Below the pieces are notes generated by a model, which saw only the letters and a list, made by a program, of their open reading frames with translations, did not search any database and was not told where the DNA came from. DNA of 33,839 nucleotides from assembly GCA_003614675.1 (NCBI GenBank), contig ML002402.1, forward strand, positions 1 to 33,839. The letters are read 5' to 3'. The DNA comes from Dimargaris cristalligena. Lineage: Eukaryota. Position numbers and translations under genes: made by a program. Positions 1 to 12,050 of the stretch are shown here, piece by piece. The stretch's first letter is position 1; the number at the start of each line of letters is the position of its first letter.

Positions 1-540
1 ATGGGTGAAATTCGGCCCAGCTATATAAGGGTTTACATTATACGTGTATGGGAAAATATATGGGAAATGTATTTTTAACTAGTAATATTGGCCGAATCTA
101 ATGGATTTTTCGTTATACAGCTTGGATGAACTTTTCCCATATCGAGTCTGCCGTTGGTACGTTAAATAGTGGATATAAATTCGGGAGAGTATTACCATGA
201 ATACCAGAAAAATAAAGGCCAATCAACTCGTCTGCGAACATAGAGTATACGACCATACATGTGTGTGTTTAATACCACCTTCTAGCCAACCACCATTCAA
301 ATTTTTAATGGAAATATTGGACTTCTTATGAATCAGTGTGGCAATATACCAGCATCCACCTCAGTTAAATTACAGGCAACGTTAAACTGGTTAGGTATAT
401 ATTAAGTGTGGTTACGAATGTCCAACGAGAAATCCGTAGGATGAGGCTGTCTTAGGCGGGATATTCATTTTTAACAAGTAATCTTCACATACACATATCA
501 TTCAAAATATTGTACAGCTAGGCCGAATTTCGCCTATATA
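1..540. mobile_element. Putative non-autonomous DNA transposon (MITE-like) with long degenerate terminal inverted repeats; left end may be clipped by the window edge
   Basis: 1-27 ATGGGTGAAATTCGGCCCAGCTATATA matches the reverse complement of 511-537 (ATAGGCGAAATTCGGCCTAGCTGTACA). Patchy inverted similarity continues ~120 bp inward. There is no internal ORF, and related sequence occurs at 11412-11554 and 25009-25094. Confidence 0.6.
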
Positions 541-3500
541 AAGAAGTTGGTCTCAAAAGCCCGACCTACCCAGACATTAACACAGCCAGACTGTATACTA
601 TTTCAATGACTGTGGCATATTAAACCATGTCAGCCAAAATGGCTAACTCGATTGTAAACGGTACACCATCGAGTCACGGTATAGTTTCGATTAATAATAT
701 GGCTGGCCACCTAGACCCCATAATACCGAGCATCGCAATTTCTTACAAACCCACACAACCCATATGCATTTTTTTTCAAAGAGTACTGTTAAGAATCCCT
801 CGGTGACTTTTTGGGCTCCTTAGTCAATCCAGGCATATCGCGTACCTAACTGCCTATCGTGTTTTTCAATAAGCCGAGTAATTACTTATTATAGCATGAA
901 AAGCCTGCCGCCACTAATTGAATCATGCAGCAGTGCTCCCCCTTGCTCCTCTTGAAATTTAAACGGGGGGTATGGCTAGTGCAACATTGGCCAACACCTT
1001 TTCCCCAAACTCTCGCATGTTCTGTTTCTATGGAATACATGATATCGCTCTAGAAGCAAACCATGCAAACATGTATTTCTGCAGGTTCTCCCCGATTTTA
1101 ACCAATACTATCTCTTATGGGAAATCTTGTCACATGCAGGTGCACCCCCCCTATGATTTTTGGAACCTAACCACTTACATAACCCCTGGGAACTTTTACC
1201 CATCAAGCCCACATAAGCCATAGCATGGCCTCCCAATAAGTTTGGTACCTACAGAAACCTGCATAAAATCGCATTATATTAAGGAGCTGTCTGGGAAATT
1301 GTCCGATGTTCAGACTCCTTGTGATATCACTGCGCTCCCATCAGGCCACTTTCCCCATAGTCCAGCAGCCATCATCGATGTAGGCGATGGAACTATACTA
1401 TTCAAACCCCACGCCGTTTTATAATACCTATAGGCTCTTGGCCCCCTTTCCGAATGAGTTAGCAGTAATCAGCCGGTCTCGCCTTATGCTGGCCACTTTA
1501 GCCAACGGTAAAAATACCATAAAGGTGTCCGCTGCCCCCTCCATCTCTCACATTAAATTCGCCCGCGATTGATACTTGTCCATACAACGCTTCGAATTTT
1601 TTTAGTTCACTGGTACTTAATTATGGTGCTGTCCCAATTGGATAACAAATGGCGGCGGATTTTAAATACACTACCAGTCCTAACCAGTTTAAAAAACGAC
1701 GTACCGACCAGGGTATTGGCTGGAGGAAACGACGCTGCCTCTAGCAATCATTCATAAGCTATAGACAATGACCTAATATACCCGACCATACGCACAGTGG
1801 ACGATCATTCCATCAATAAAATGGCTACAAACACCACCATGGCCAACAGGAAAACAAAAAGTGCACATTAAACTATACTAAATATAGTCAGGGTCAGTTT
1901 AAACACCATTAGGGGCAATTTAAGAGCGCCAGACCGGGGTGGTAATGATCAGTCCCCTCGAGTGTTGGAGCGGGCTAGGGGCGCTAGATGAACCAGTGGG
2001 TTTCGCGACAGTGGTATTCAGATAGCATAGCTGCACCTAAAATATAGACAACAGACTACCTTATGAAGTCGATGGTCATTTCAAGGAATGTGGGATTGGG
2101 AAGTAGGAGACTGTTTGCTGGTAGTCCAACTAGGAACTCCTAAATAAACCCAGTGATTTACCGCCAAAAACTTGCATGTATAATCTGGTATGGAATCGTC
2201 ATTGCTTCAGATTGCTCTAAATTGGCCGACAGATAACGGCGGCACGAGGGAGGGGAGCCATTTACTAGAAAGGTGCACTGGCCAATTATTCTAAGCATGC
2301 GGAGATCCCATTGCATACCCATGTCGCCAATATATTTTATGCCCCGGAAAGGCCTAATAATAATCCCCTGTAATTTGACTTGGACCATGCGATAAATAAT
2401 ATTCAATAACAACAATAAAAATTAGATGTCACTACACTTGGAATGATTAGATTGGTAAATACCCAATCTCATTTAACAGTAGATGGCGACAGTATCCTTA
2501 CAGTAGTACAACCAGCCAGTAAGTGCATCTTAAGGGGGTGACGAACAGACCAACGGGGGCAACCCATGGTGGTGAACGAATGTGGGGTATGTACTTCCAA
2601 GCGCAGGATTATACAATGAAGCAACATGTTTAGAGGAGTGATCCCAGGGAAAGCTGTATCACTCTCTGCGGGGAAGGATTAGTAGCGACACTCCATACCA
2701 ATGTGCGGGCCACCAGCACATTTGGCACTGCTTTATCGCCTCTCCAGGAGATGAACACCGAACAACCCCCCCCTGGCCAGTTCCTCAGTCGGCAATGTGA
2801 TCCCAATAGTTCGAGAAGGGAGTGATGGGGGGTTGGTACTGTCGGGTCACTCAAGACGATATTGCTGATGCATGTGTTATGGAGAACTTCCACAGTAGAG
2901 TAGCGTAGTAACACCTCGCAGCCTGGCCCCAGTTCCCTCTTTCTCCTATAATTTAGCTAAAGCTTGGTGCGTTTGTTGTCGAATGACCTAAAGTGACGAA
3001 CTAAGGGGGACTAAACAGAGTGATATATCCTAACTGTAGCCAAATGGTCAATTCCGTACCATTCGCAATCTAGTTACATATCAATATGAGCCCAGCCATC
3101 CCCTGGAAATGACCATCGTAGATGAACCGAATCCAACAACTAATTAGTGAAGCCTGGGAATGTACAACACCGATAGGCCAGCTACATTCACGGCCTTCAC
3201 TGGTCACAGTTACGCGAGTTGGGGCCGGTGGGCTTCGTTAGTGACACTAACAGGTGGTTTATCAGTGACCTAGTCTAGATTACTCATGGGTAGGATATTG
3301 CTGGGGGTGATATGGCCCCGAATCAACCGGGGTATGTAGATGGGTGGCTCTAGGTAGCCAAGTCCTCCAAGGACCATCGTTAATTACGGGAAAAATATAA
3401 ATTACATTGAAAGCGGCAAACCATGGTTGCTCATGATAGCAGCGAAATGCCTTTCCGTTTCGGCGTAGTCCGTTGGAACCACACAGTACGACAATGGTAA

Positions 3501-5202
3501 GTAATTGATAAGAATCCACTAAAATAATCAGTTATTAGCACGACTCTCCTATAATAGTAGACCAGGAGCGGAACTCGTGCATCATAATTAACCAGCATCG
3601 TCTAACATGGCATGGAAAGGATGCTCATATACAGAAGCAGCTATAGGGTTGCTCAATGGCCCAGACCGAAAAAGGATCCAAGGTAGACAGCCGGAACCAG
3701 CATCCCCGGCCAACCACGCATCCCGCAATTGATGGATCCCATCTCCTGGGTAAGACACCCCCAACAATAGGCCAATGGATGTCGTGTGTGCTTAACCAGT
3801 TCAAATGAAAGGCAGGGGAAAGTCAAATATATGCCTGCCAGTCCTCAATACGAATAACAGCCAACGGGATAATATAACACCGATTTTATGTTCGAATCGG
3901 TCCATCTTACCCCACACGAAGGGGAGATTCGGATACATTAAACTGTAAATGCAACGATACCGGCGGGTTTTTAGACCCTGACGTCCGCCAACCGATTGTT
4001 GGGGGTACGCCAATATTAGTCACTTGAATCTATAGGGCCGGAAGTGGACTAATGCTTCAGTTCTACGGCCATTGTTTATTTACCCCCCCCCCCGATCGTT
4101 TGTTTACATTACCCCGATCACTTGTTTACGGCCATGGCCAATGTCCTATATTGGGTGGGCGTTTGTGGCGTAGAACCACAGAAAGTCTTCGCCCCCTTAC
4201 CCTCTGTGCGGACAATATCTAAGGCTGAAAATGACCATATGCAAGAGGTGGAATTAGTGAATCAAAACTATTGTGCCAGTCAGGTGCTGGTAGCCCGAAT
4301 GGCCATTTACAAGGCCAAATTTTTCAACAGCCGCCCTTTCACTGCCCAACCCGTGCCAGTTTTTAGGCGTATCCAGAGCCGCTGCAAAATATTTCATAAG
4401 CTATTTACTACTATCTATCGAAATTGGTCACCTAGCGAATTATCGACTAGCCGACTGCTAATAGCTTACCCGAACAGTTCTATAGTTCGGGTTGTTCGAT
4501 ATTATTGGTATTTCCTGTGAAGGTCAGCAACCAATGACGCAGCCAATTAATAGACCGAGATACACGGCTGCACTAGAAGCCCTTTGGAATCCATTGCAAA
4601 GGGAGACGACTAGCACTTCGGCTACTGGCTATGCCTGCACCCATTGGCAGTCCCAATATAAGCTGCAAATCGGTGGTCAATCGGTAAACTGCTGTCTCAG
4701 TTACCAACCGCCCCTGACTGGGAATGGCCAGTTGAATTCATCCGCACCCCCCGTTCCCCTGTCGCACCTTGCTTATGTGTCGGCCTAATTGTCTGCACCC
4801 ACCTTTGTGGGCCAGCCGAGCAGGTTCTCATGTAATGAGGAACACCTCTCCGGCCAGGGCCACATGGCTGACGTGTCTCTACAATGACTGTTCTTCCGCC
4901 CTTACCCCGATTGAATCTTCAGTTTCGAATCCAATTCACTGAGCCTTCATTGGGAGACCCCCCTCCATCTCCCCGTCCCGGTCCTAGCAGCCGACAGCCA
5001 TATGAATCGGCTGCGGGTTACTGCCGCGGCATACTGCAGATGGCTGATATAAATACGGGCCCGTCAGCTGCTCCTAATTAAAGATCAGCAGCCACATTCC
5101 ATTACTATCCACACTATCTGAGACTTGTTCAGTCATAATTAGCGCGGTTGCCACCATCCCCTCTTATATAATATCCTGTTACATGTAATACCTCTTAGAT
5201 AT

Positions 5203-5206
<4 letters not shown>

Positions 5207-5236
<30 letters not shown>
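5207..5236. repeat. (TA)15 microsatellite
   Basis: Read directly from the sequence. Confidence 0.95.
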
Positions 5237-5241
<5 letters not shown>

Positions 5242-5386
5242 TTAATATATCTATAATTAGCCACGCCTAGCCCCGTGGATGAAAGTAAACCTAAAATATT
5301 ACTTCGGCCATTTGAATTTCAACCGGACCATCCGTCGAGTCCCCAATTTTGTATCACCCTGTCCTACCTTTAAGCACCTCTTAATT

Positions 5387-5410
5387 TGTTTACCTTTGAG
5401 TTTCGCGTCA
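5387..5410. promoter_or_regulatory. Candidate forkhead site (TGTTTAC) plus SCB/MCB-like site (TTTCGCGTCA) upstream of the Ccr4-like gene
   Basis: TGTTTAC at 5387-5393. TTTCGCGTCA at 5401-5410 is the reverse complement of TGACGCGAAA. The same pair of motifs occurs at 9333-9351. Confidence 0.3.
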
Positions 5411-5823
5411 GTCAGTACCCGGAATTCCATCATCAGCCGACTCAACCCCTGATAACTATCGAGTGTTGCAAAACCAGTCGCTAGTCCAAGCCGGTGGTCA
5501 TTTCATTGTCACCCCTTTCCCTGACGTCTGCTCCCTATAGCTACCGTCCATCCACTTTCAATATTCCACTCACGTCGATTACCTCCCCGTCAAATCCCAG
5601 CGTTTGACCTTTATTTACTTTTTCCCTAACCCACCCTCTACCACCGTCTTCCCTTTGTAGACATCCATATCCCTTAAACGAAACTCTTTATTGAGTCGTA
5701 CCTTTGCAGATCCATTTGTTATTCTAAATCGCCTGAATATATTTTATTTGATTGAATTTCTGTTCTGGCTTATATTAGTTGGAATACTCACTTGCTTTTC
5801 TTGTAACCCTTTTGCAGTATTAC

Positions 5824-7992
5824 ATGATGTCCGCTCACCAGTCAGCTATCATTACACCCCGTACCTCCCCTGACTCTGCCGGTCAGCCGTGGCGTTCTAG
5901 TCGCCTTTTGCGCCATAAGAGTCTGCTTAAGCCGGGCCCCCCGGCCATCGACAGTCAAACACTCTTGTCACCTGACCTATCCGATTCCGACTCCGTGTCC
6001 GATGTAACCCTCTCCGAGCCCGTCACTCCGGTGGTCGAAGTTTTTCCGGCAGGGTTTAGCAAACTGAACCAGCCTCCGGGGCTACCCCTTCCCAGCGCCA
6101 CCAGTCGCCAGGGCAAATGGGATATTTTGGCCGATACCAAGTCATCCACGTTCGCCTTCGGCTCTTATGTTACTTCATCGCCCAAGACCACGGTTGAGAG
6201 CTTACCCAGCAACATCTGGAACCCGTCGACCGTGTTTAAAGTTCCCGAGTTGCTGGGCGAGTCCATTGCGTACACCAAGACGGAGTCATCTCTCCTCGAA
6301 TCGTCGAGTTATTCCAACCGATCAAACAGATCCATGGGGCAAGTCGACCCAGGACGCCTGGCGGAGGCTGTGTTGGGGGATTTCTCCTCGACCAGCAGCC
6401 CATCCCCTTTCGGCCCGGCCCTGTTCCGAGTGAACTCTCAGCCCCTAACCGCTACGCATTCGAGCTTCGGAGGGGAACTGTTTAAGCCACTTGGCATTAC
6501 CCGCAGCTCCAGCCACTCTATGCTCGATTCCGAAGAATATGCCCCTCCGGGTATCCGGCGTGTTGAATCGATGGGACCGATGGGCGCTTCTGGCCGCACC
6601 GACCCGCTGTTATCGACTCCGGGTGCCCTAAATCTTCACACCCAATCCTTCGACCATCGACTGTATCCAACGTCCGATGCGCCCAGTTATTTTCCCGTCA
6701 GCCACATGCCTGTAAATCGATTGAACGATGCCGCTTCAATTTACGGGCGGCGACCGGCGGTCGGGTTCTCTTGCGACAGAAATATGGGCTTTATGCCCAA
6801 CCGCACGGCCTTTAGTACGTGCCACCGAACGCCTGAAATTCCCCTTCACCCAACGTTCCAAAATCGTAACCAAGCAATTGTATCCGGAATAGCACGCCGC
6901 GTACAGGGAGGACCCACGGTGGATTGCCCAATAGACTTTGCCAAAGAGTGGGGGGTTGCCCGTCGCATGGTCATTCGGGACGCCGAGATGTACGGAGCCC
7001 TCCACGAAATGTACCTGAATCGCCACATTAAACCGGGCTTCAGTCAGTTCAACCCCCGTACTTTCACTACCATGTCGTGGAACATTGCCAAGAATCGCGA
7101 GACGTTTGGGCTAGGCGAATCCAACAGCCGCCAGACTATGGATAGCTCGATGGGGCGTGAGAGTATGCTCGACATGGTGGGCCAAATGGACGCCGACTTC
7201 CTATGTTTGCAAGAGGTGCCCCTACAGGATTTCTCAGCCCATTATGAACCCCGCCTAGCCCAGCGGGGTTACGCCGGTGTCTACCAGCACCCCAACAAGG
7301 GGGTTGGGCAGGTCCACGGATGTGCCATTTTTTATCGACCGGCTCGGTTTGAACTCACTGAATCCTATGCCATCCGCTTCAATGAAGCTGCGTTTGGCCC
7401 ACGCCGCATGGGACCAGCCCTTGTGTCCGTGGACGTAAGTTCTCGGTTTATGCCGTTTCACAATATCGCCATTATTGCCGTGTTTACCAATCGCCAAACC
7501 AACTCCCGGCTTCGGCTGGTCAACACGCAGTTGGCGGACAATGACATCTACCCCGATGTCAAACTACTTCAGGGTGCTATTCTGGTCGATCACCTTACCT
7601 ACCGTCATGAGGCCAAGCTTTCGACGATAATCTGCGGCGATTTCCATTCTCTGCCCAAGAGCGACGTGGTGCGCTACTTACTTGCCGGCCGAGTCAGCCG
7701 CAATATTTTCCGCAATCACGATTATGGGAAATACAGCGCTTATCCCCTGAAACACCCACTTCGCCTGCGTAATGCTTATCATCAGTCGGCCATGTCGTAC
7801 ACGTACTATAATGATCAGTTTGCCAAATTGACGTCTGACTATTTGCTATACACTACCCCAACCCTCCGCATGTTGGCTTTTTATGATGCCATGCCCATTC
7901 TCCACTCCTTCAATCCCGCCCCGCCCAGCCATTCCCATATGCCCTTAGTGGCCTTATTCGAAGAAAAGCCGAATGTGACTTTGGCGGCCTAA
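5824..7992 (+). CDS. Divergent Ccr4/CNOT6-like EEP (exonuclease-endonuclease-phosphatase) protein with a long Ser/Pro-rich N-terminus, ~722 aa
   Basis: Single uninterrupted ORF; first ATG at 5824. C-terminal EEP motifs in order: TFTTMSWNI, DADFLCLQEV, GCAIFYR, LVNTQL..DVKLLQ, IICGDFHSLP, HPLRLRNAY, SDYLLY, SHSHMPL. No LRRs seen. A TTTGCAG just upstream of the ATG could be an acceptor, so an extra 5' exon is possible. Confidence 0.85.
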   Translation: MMSAHQSAIITPRTSPDSAGQPWRSSRLLRHKSLLKPGPPAIDSQTLLSPDLSDSDSVSDVTLSEPVTPVVEVFPAGFSKLNQPPGLPLPSATSRQGKWDILADTKSSTFAFGSYVTSSPKTTVESLPSNIWNPSTVFKVPELLGESIAYTKTESSLLESSSYSNRSNRSMGQVDPGRLAEAVLGDFSSTSSPSPFGPALFRVNSQPLTATHSSFGGELFKPLGITRSSSHSMLDSEEYAPPGIRRVESMGPMGASGRTDPLLSTPGALNLHTQSFDHRLYPTSDAPSYFPVSHMPVNRLNDAASIYGRRPAVGFSCDRNMGFMPNRTAFSTCHRTPEIPLHPTFQNRNQAIVSGIARRVQGGPTVDCPIDFAKEWGVARRMVIRDAEMYGALHEMYLNRHIKPGFSQFNPRTFTTMSWNIAKNRETFGLGESNSRQTMDSSMGRESMLDMVGQMDADFLCLQEVPLQDFSAHYEPRLAQRGYAGVYQHPNKGVGQVHGCAIFYRPARFELTESYAIRFNEAAFGPRRMGPALVSVDVSSRFMPFHNIAIIAVFTNRQTNSRLRLVNTQLADNDIYPDVKLLQGAILVDHLTYRHEAKLSTIICGDFHSLPKSDVVRYLLAGRVSRNIFRNHDYGKYSAYPLKHPLRLRNAYHQSAMSYTYYNDQFAKLTSDYLLYTTPTLRMLAFYDAMPILHSFNPAPPSHSHMPLVALFEEKPNVTLAA

Positions 7993-8374
7993 TGCCTTTT
8001 TTTTCATCATCATATTTTATGATTAGTGAATACTTTACCTTATCTAATGATCTGTATAACATGCCAACCCGTCCAATCCATAAAAATTGGTTTCTTTATT
8101 ATTTTTTTCTATAAAAATTCACAAACCAAACCTGCACGCAAAATTAAAGTATGTTCCCCCAAATAGGTCCGACCCAAGGTGGGGAAGCTACTGGACTATT
8201 GTAGGGCTTCAGGTAGAACGTTTTCTGATATCCCAACTGCGCGACGACGGCATACGCCGTTGATGGCATTGGCCGGGTTGTCTTTCTAACTTATACGCCG
8301 AGGCCATGAACGGATTGTACAATCTTCTGGTCTTACTATTATGGATATAACCAGGCTACATTGGTCACGCGAGC

Positions 8375-8959
8375 CTACTTCTTCTTACGCATGAAATTGG
8401 CATTTTTGATACCCTCCTTGTTGATTTTCCGGAGGCGTACTCGATCAGGCAATTGGTCGCGGGGGATGTCATCGAGAAGGGTCCAAAGCCATTCGGGGTA
8501 CTCCTCATCCTTTTTGGCTACCGGGTCCTTTTTGTCAATGCTGAAGTTGAGGCCCTTGAGGACAGTGCCTTCGGGAGTGATGCTAACCGGGTGAGGTTTC
8601 TTTTCCGGGGCGGCTACGACCATGGGTATGGTTGATAACGTATATATATATATATATATATATGTATATTGTATGAGGGCAGTGGGAATTAGTTAGGGCT
8701 GGAGTGGTCTGGTTTTACGAACAGGTTAACTAGCATAGGGCGGCCATAGGCCAATTGGACTTTAGGGCTATTTCTAGGACCCTTCAGTTACAGTAGGACA
8801 CGCTTTGAATAGCCCGGTGCCTTCACGTTTTACTGTTGACTTACTTGCGGATCCCTCCTGGGTTCGTGGCCGGGTGGTGGATAGGTAGCGGGTTGTTAGG
8901 AACAGGTGTTGGCCGCAGACCGGGCGCAGGGCTCGGGTGTAGAGCGACAGAGTTGACAT
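8375..8959 (-). CDS. MRPL37: Mitochondrial ribosomal protein mL54 (yeast Mrpl37-like), 117 aa, 2 exons
   Basis: Exons 8959-8845 and 8613-8375; intron GTAAGT...TAG is frame-consistent. Exon 1 is an Arg/Ser/Thr-rich presequence (MSTLSLYTRALRP). Exon 2 carries the family signature GTVLKGLN..K..DPVAK.D.EYPEWLWTLL and R..N...IK..NF. Confidence 0.9.
8641..8662. repeat. (TA)11 microsatellite inside the mL54 intron
   Basis: Read directly; lies between the likely branch point (minus-strand CTAAC at 8696-8692) and the 3' splice site at 8614. Confidence 0.9.
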
Positions 8960-9332
8960 GATAATAAGGGATGCGAGAAGTAGGGAGGAAATGGATAAGT
9001 TTGGAAAGAAAGGGGGGTTCAGCACCAGTCTGTCTTGCCTGTGGAGGGATCTAACTGATCATACTGGCCATGTGCTTGAACAACTCTGGCTGGCCTCCTA
9101 GGTATTTCTCCTGTGGCCAGCTAGCTATGCTTGTTGAGTGGGGCTAGGTTTTGGAAATGGGACGAGGAATTTGTCCCACCCAGCCTTTTTTTTTCAAGCC
9201 CCTCTCAATATGGCGTAGTGCTCTCTCTAGGAGGATGAAGGGTAGTTTTGGCCATTATTGACTTTTGCTATGGCTTCAGTGGGTGAATGGCGGCTTCTCT
9301 CTATTCCATGGGCCCTCTCTCCGTCACGGGTT

Positions 9333-9351
9333 TGTTTACATTGACGCGAAA
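9333..9351. promoter_or_regulatory. Candidate forkhead plus SCB/MCB-like composite site in the divergent mL54/E2 promoter
   Basis: TGTTTAC at 9333-9339 and TGACGCGAAA at 9342-9351; a TATA-like TATATAAG follows at 9431-9438. Confidence 0.3.
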
Positions 9352-9563
9352 GGAAAGGGAAGGTGCTTGGGCTCCAGTCATTTCCTATTTCTTTATCCAG
9401 TTGCCACTCTCCCATGCCCCTTTTCAGACATATATAAGCCCTGCTTCTCTATCTAACCCTCTATAACTTATCCTTTACCATTGGTTTATCGCATTCCCAC
9501 AGCCGTGCTATCCTTTTTTACTCTACTCTTGCCCCACCCTAACCGTAGCCTTGTCGTCCCACC

Positions 9564-10687
<1,124 letters not shown>

Positions 10688-11411
10688 GCCCCTACATCGG
10701 CTTTGTGGATAATGGGCCCCTCCAGCCCTATTGGAGTTTCTTTCCTCGACCCTTAGTTCTCAGCTCGCCGGTGCCTATTTTTAAACTTAAAATTTAATCC
10801 AATTCTCCTTTTCCAATTTTTGTTTACCTACTTCGGACGCCTATCTCTCATACTGGTTTCCCGGATAGTATCCCCCGTCAGCCGTTAACTATCCGATCAC
10901 CTATACATCATGGTATATATAGTCGTCGAGTCAAGTCAACATTGGGGCCAGGCACTTATATATCTTTGCTGCGATGTGATCAGGCCATATCCCCCAGCTG
11001 CTCTATGTCCTGGCTTGCTAGATGTTTCCTTATATGAACTCGCATAATCATTTATCCAAGGCGATTTTCTCCCCTTCTGCACAACCCGAGCTGAGTTCCC
11101 TCTTCTCGATTATATAGGCTCGGTGATTCAGTACTGTCACCGCATCCCCATTGCTCATCTCTAATACCTGTTTACATTTAATCCCAATCGGCCGGACGTT
11201 ATTTTCTATGTGATTATAACGCTACCTTGATGTAATGAATAAACTCTGGCTGTACCTTATTTCTCGGCCTCTACGAATAGACGCTGCCTCGGTAGGTTCG
11301 CCTAGTAAGGCCGCTACCACACCTATTGGGGGCCTAAGGCAGGACGACATTCCCCCTTTGTTTGATTTAGGTTGACTCGGTCAGGGTCAAAACGAGGGCC
11401 AACAATTCCAT

Positions 11412-11554
11412 AGTATTGGAAAAGTTCAACCAGGCTGCATAACGGTAAATCCGTTGGATGAGGTAAAGATCACTGGTTAAAAACGATTCTCCTACATATT
11501 TCCCCATACGTGCATCATTCAAAACCTTATACAGCTGCACTGAATTCCACCCAT
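11412..11554. repeat. Solo copy of the long terminal repeat of the element at 1-540
   Basis: Its reverse complement (ATGGGTGGAATTCAGTGCAGCTGTATAAGG...TTTTTAACCAGTGAT...GAACTTTTCCAATACT) aligns by eye with 1-143 over the full length. Confidence 0.75.
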
Positions 11555-12050
11555 ATAGATTCAGAGCGCCGTCAAGTAAAATATTCTCAATGAGATCCCA
11601 AGTTCCAGCGAAGTGGTCGTGACCTCTATCTAGCTAAATTGCCCTGGTATTTCATGATTATTGTCACACTATCATTTGTGCCATTAAAACTTAATCGCAT
11701 TACGGTCATTTCCCCGAATTGAGCCAAAATTTATTGCTATTATTACTGCCAGACTGTTCCTCCAGCTAAAACCCCGTAGTCAGATATCGATTTATTGAAA
11801 ATCATACATAGAGGGGGAAGTGGGGGGAGGGTGAAAGACGGTCGATCAACCTACTAGATGGAAATAGTGACTATGAGGATATAGAGGGCGGCGATCTCCA
11901 TGAACAGGGCAGTGGAGGGAATATTAAAGTGAATTCAGAAAGGCTGGTAAGTAAATAAAGAAGCGCAGGGGGTATTTGGAGGATTATATTTTGATTGGGG
12001 GTATGTTACAGACAGATGGGTGCGATCGGTGGCGAGGGAGCTAGAGGAGT

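Noticed and set aside
4468..4603. Two short hairpins (ACCCGAAC/GTTCGGGT and CCCTTTG/CAAAGGG)
   Set aside because: Stems of 7-8 bp are expected occasionally by chance, and there is no supporting context.
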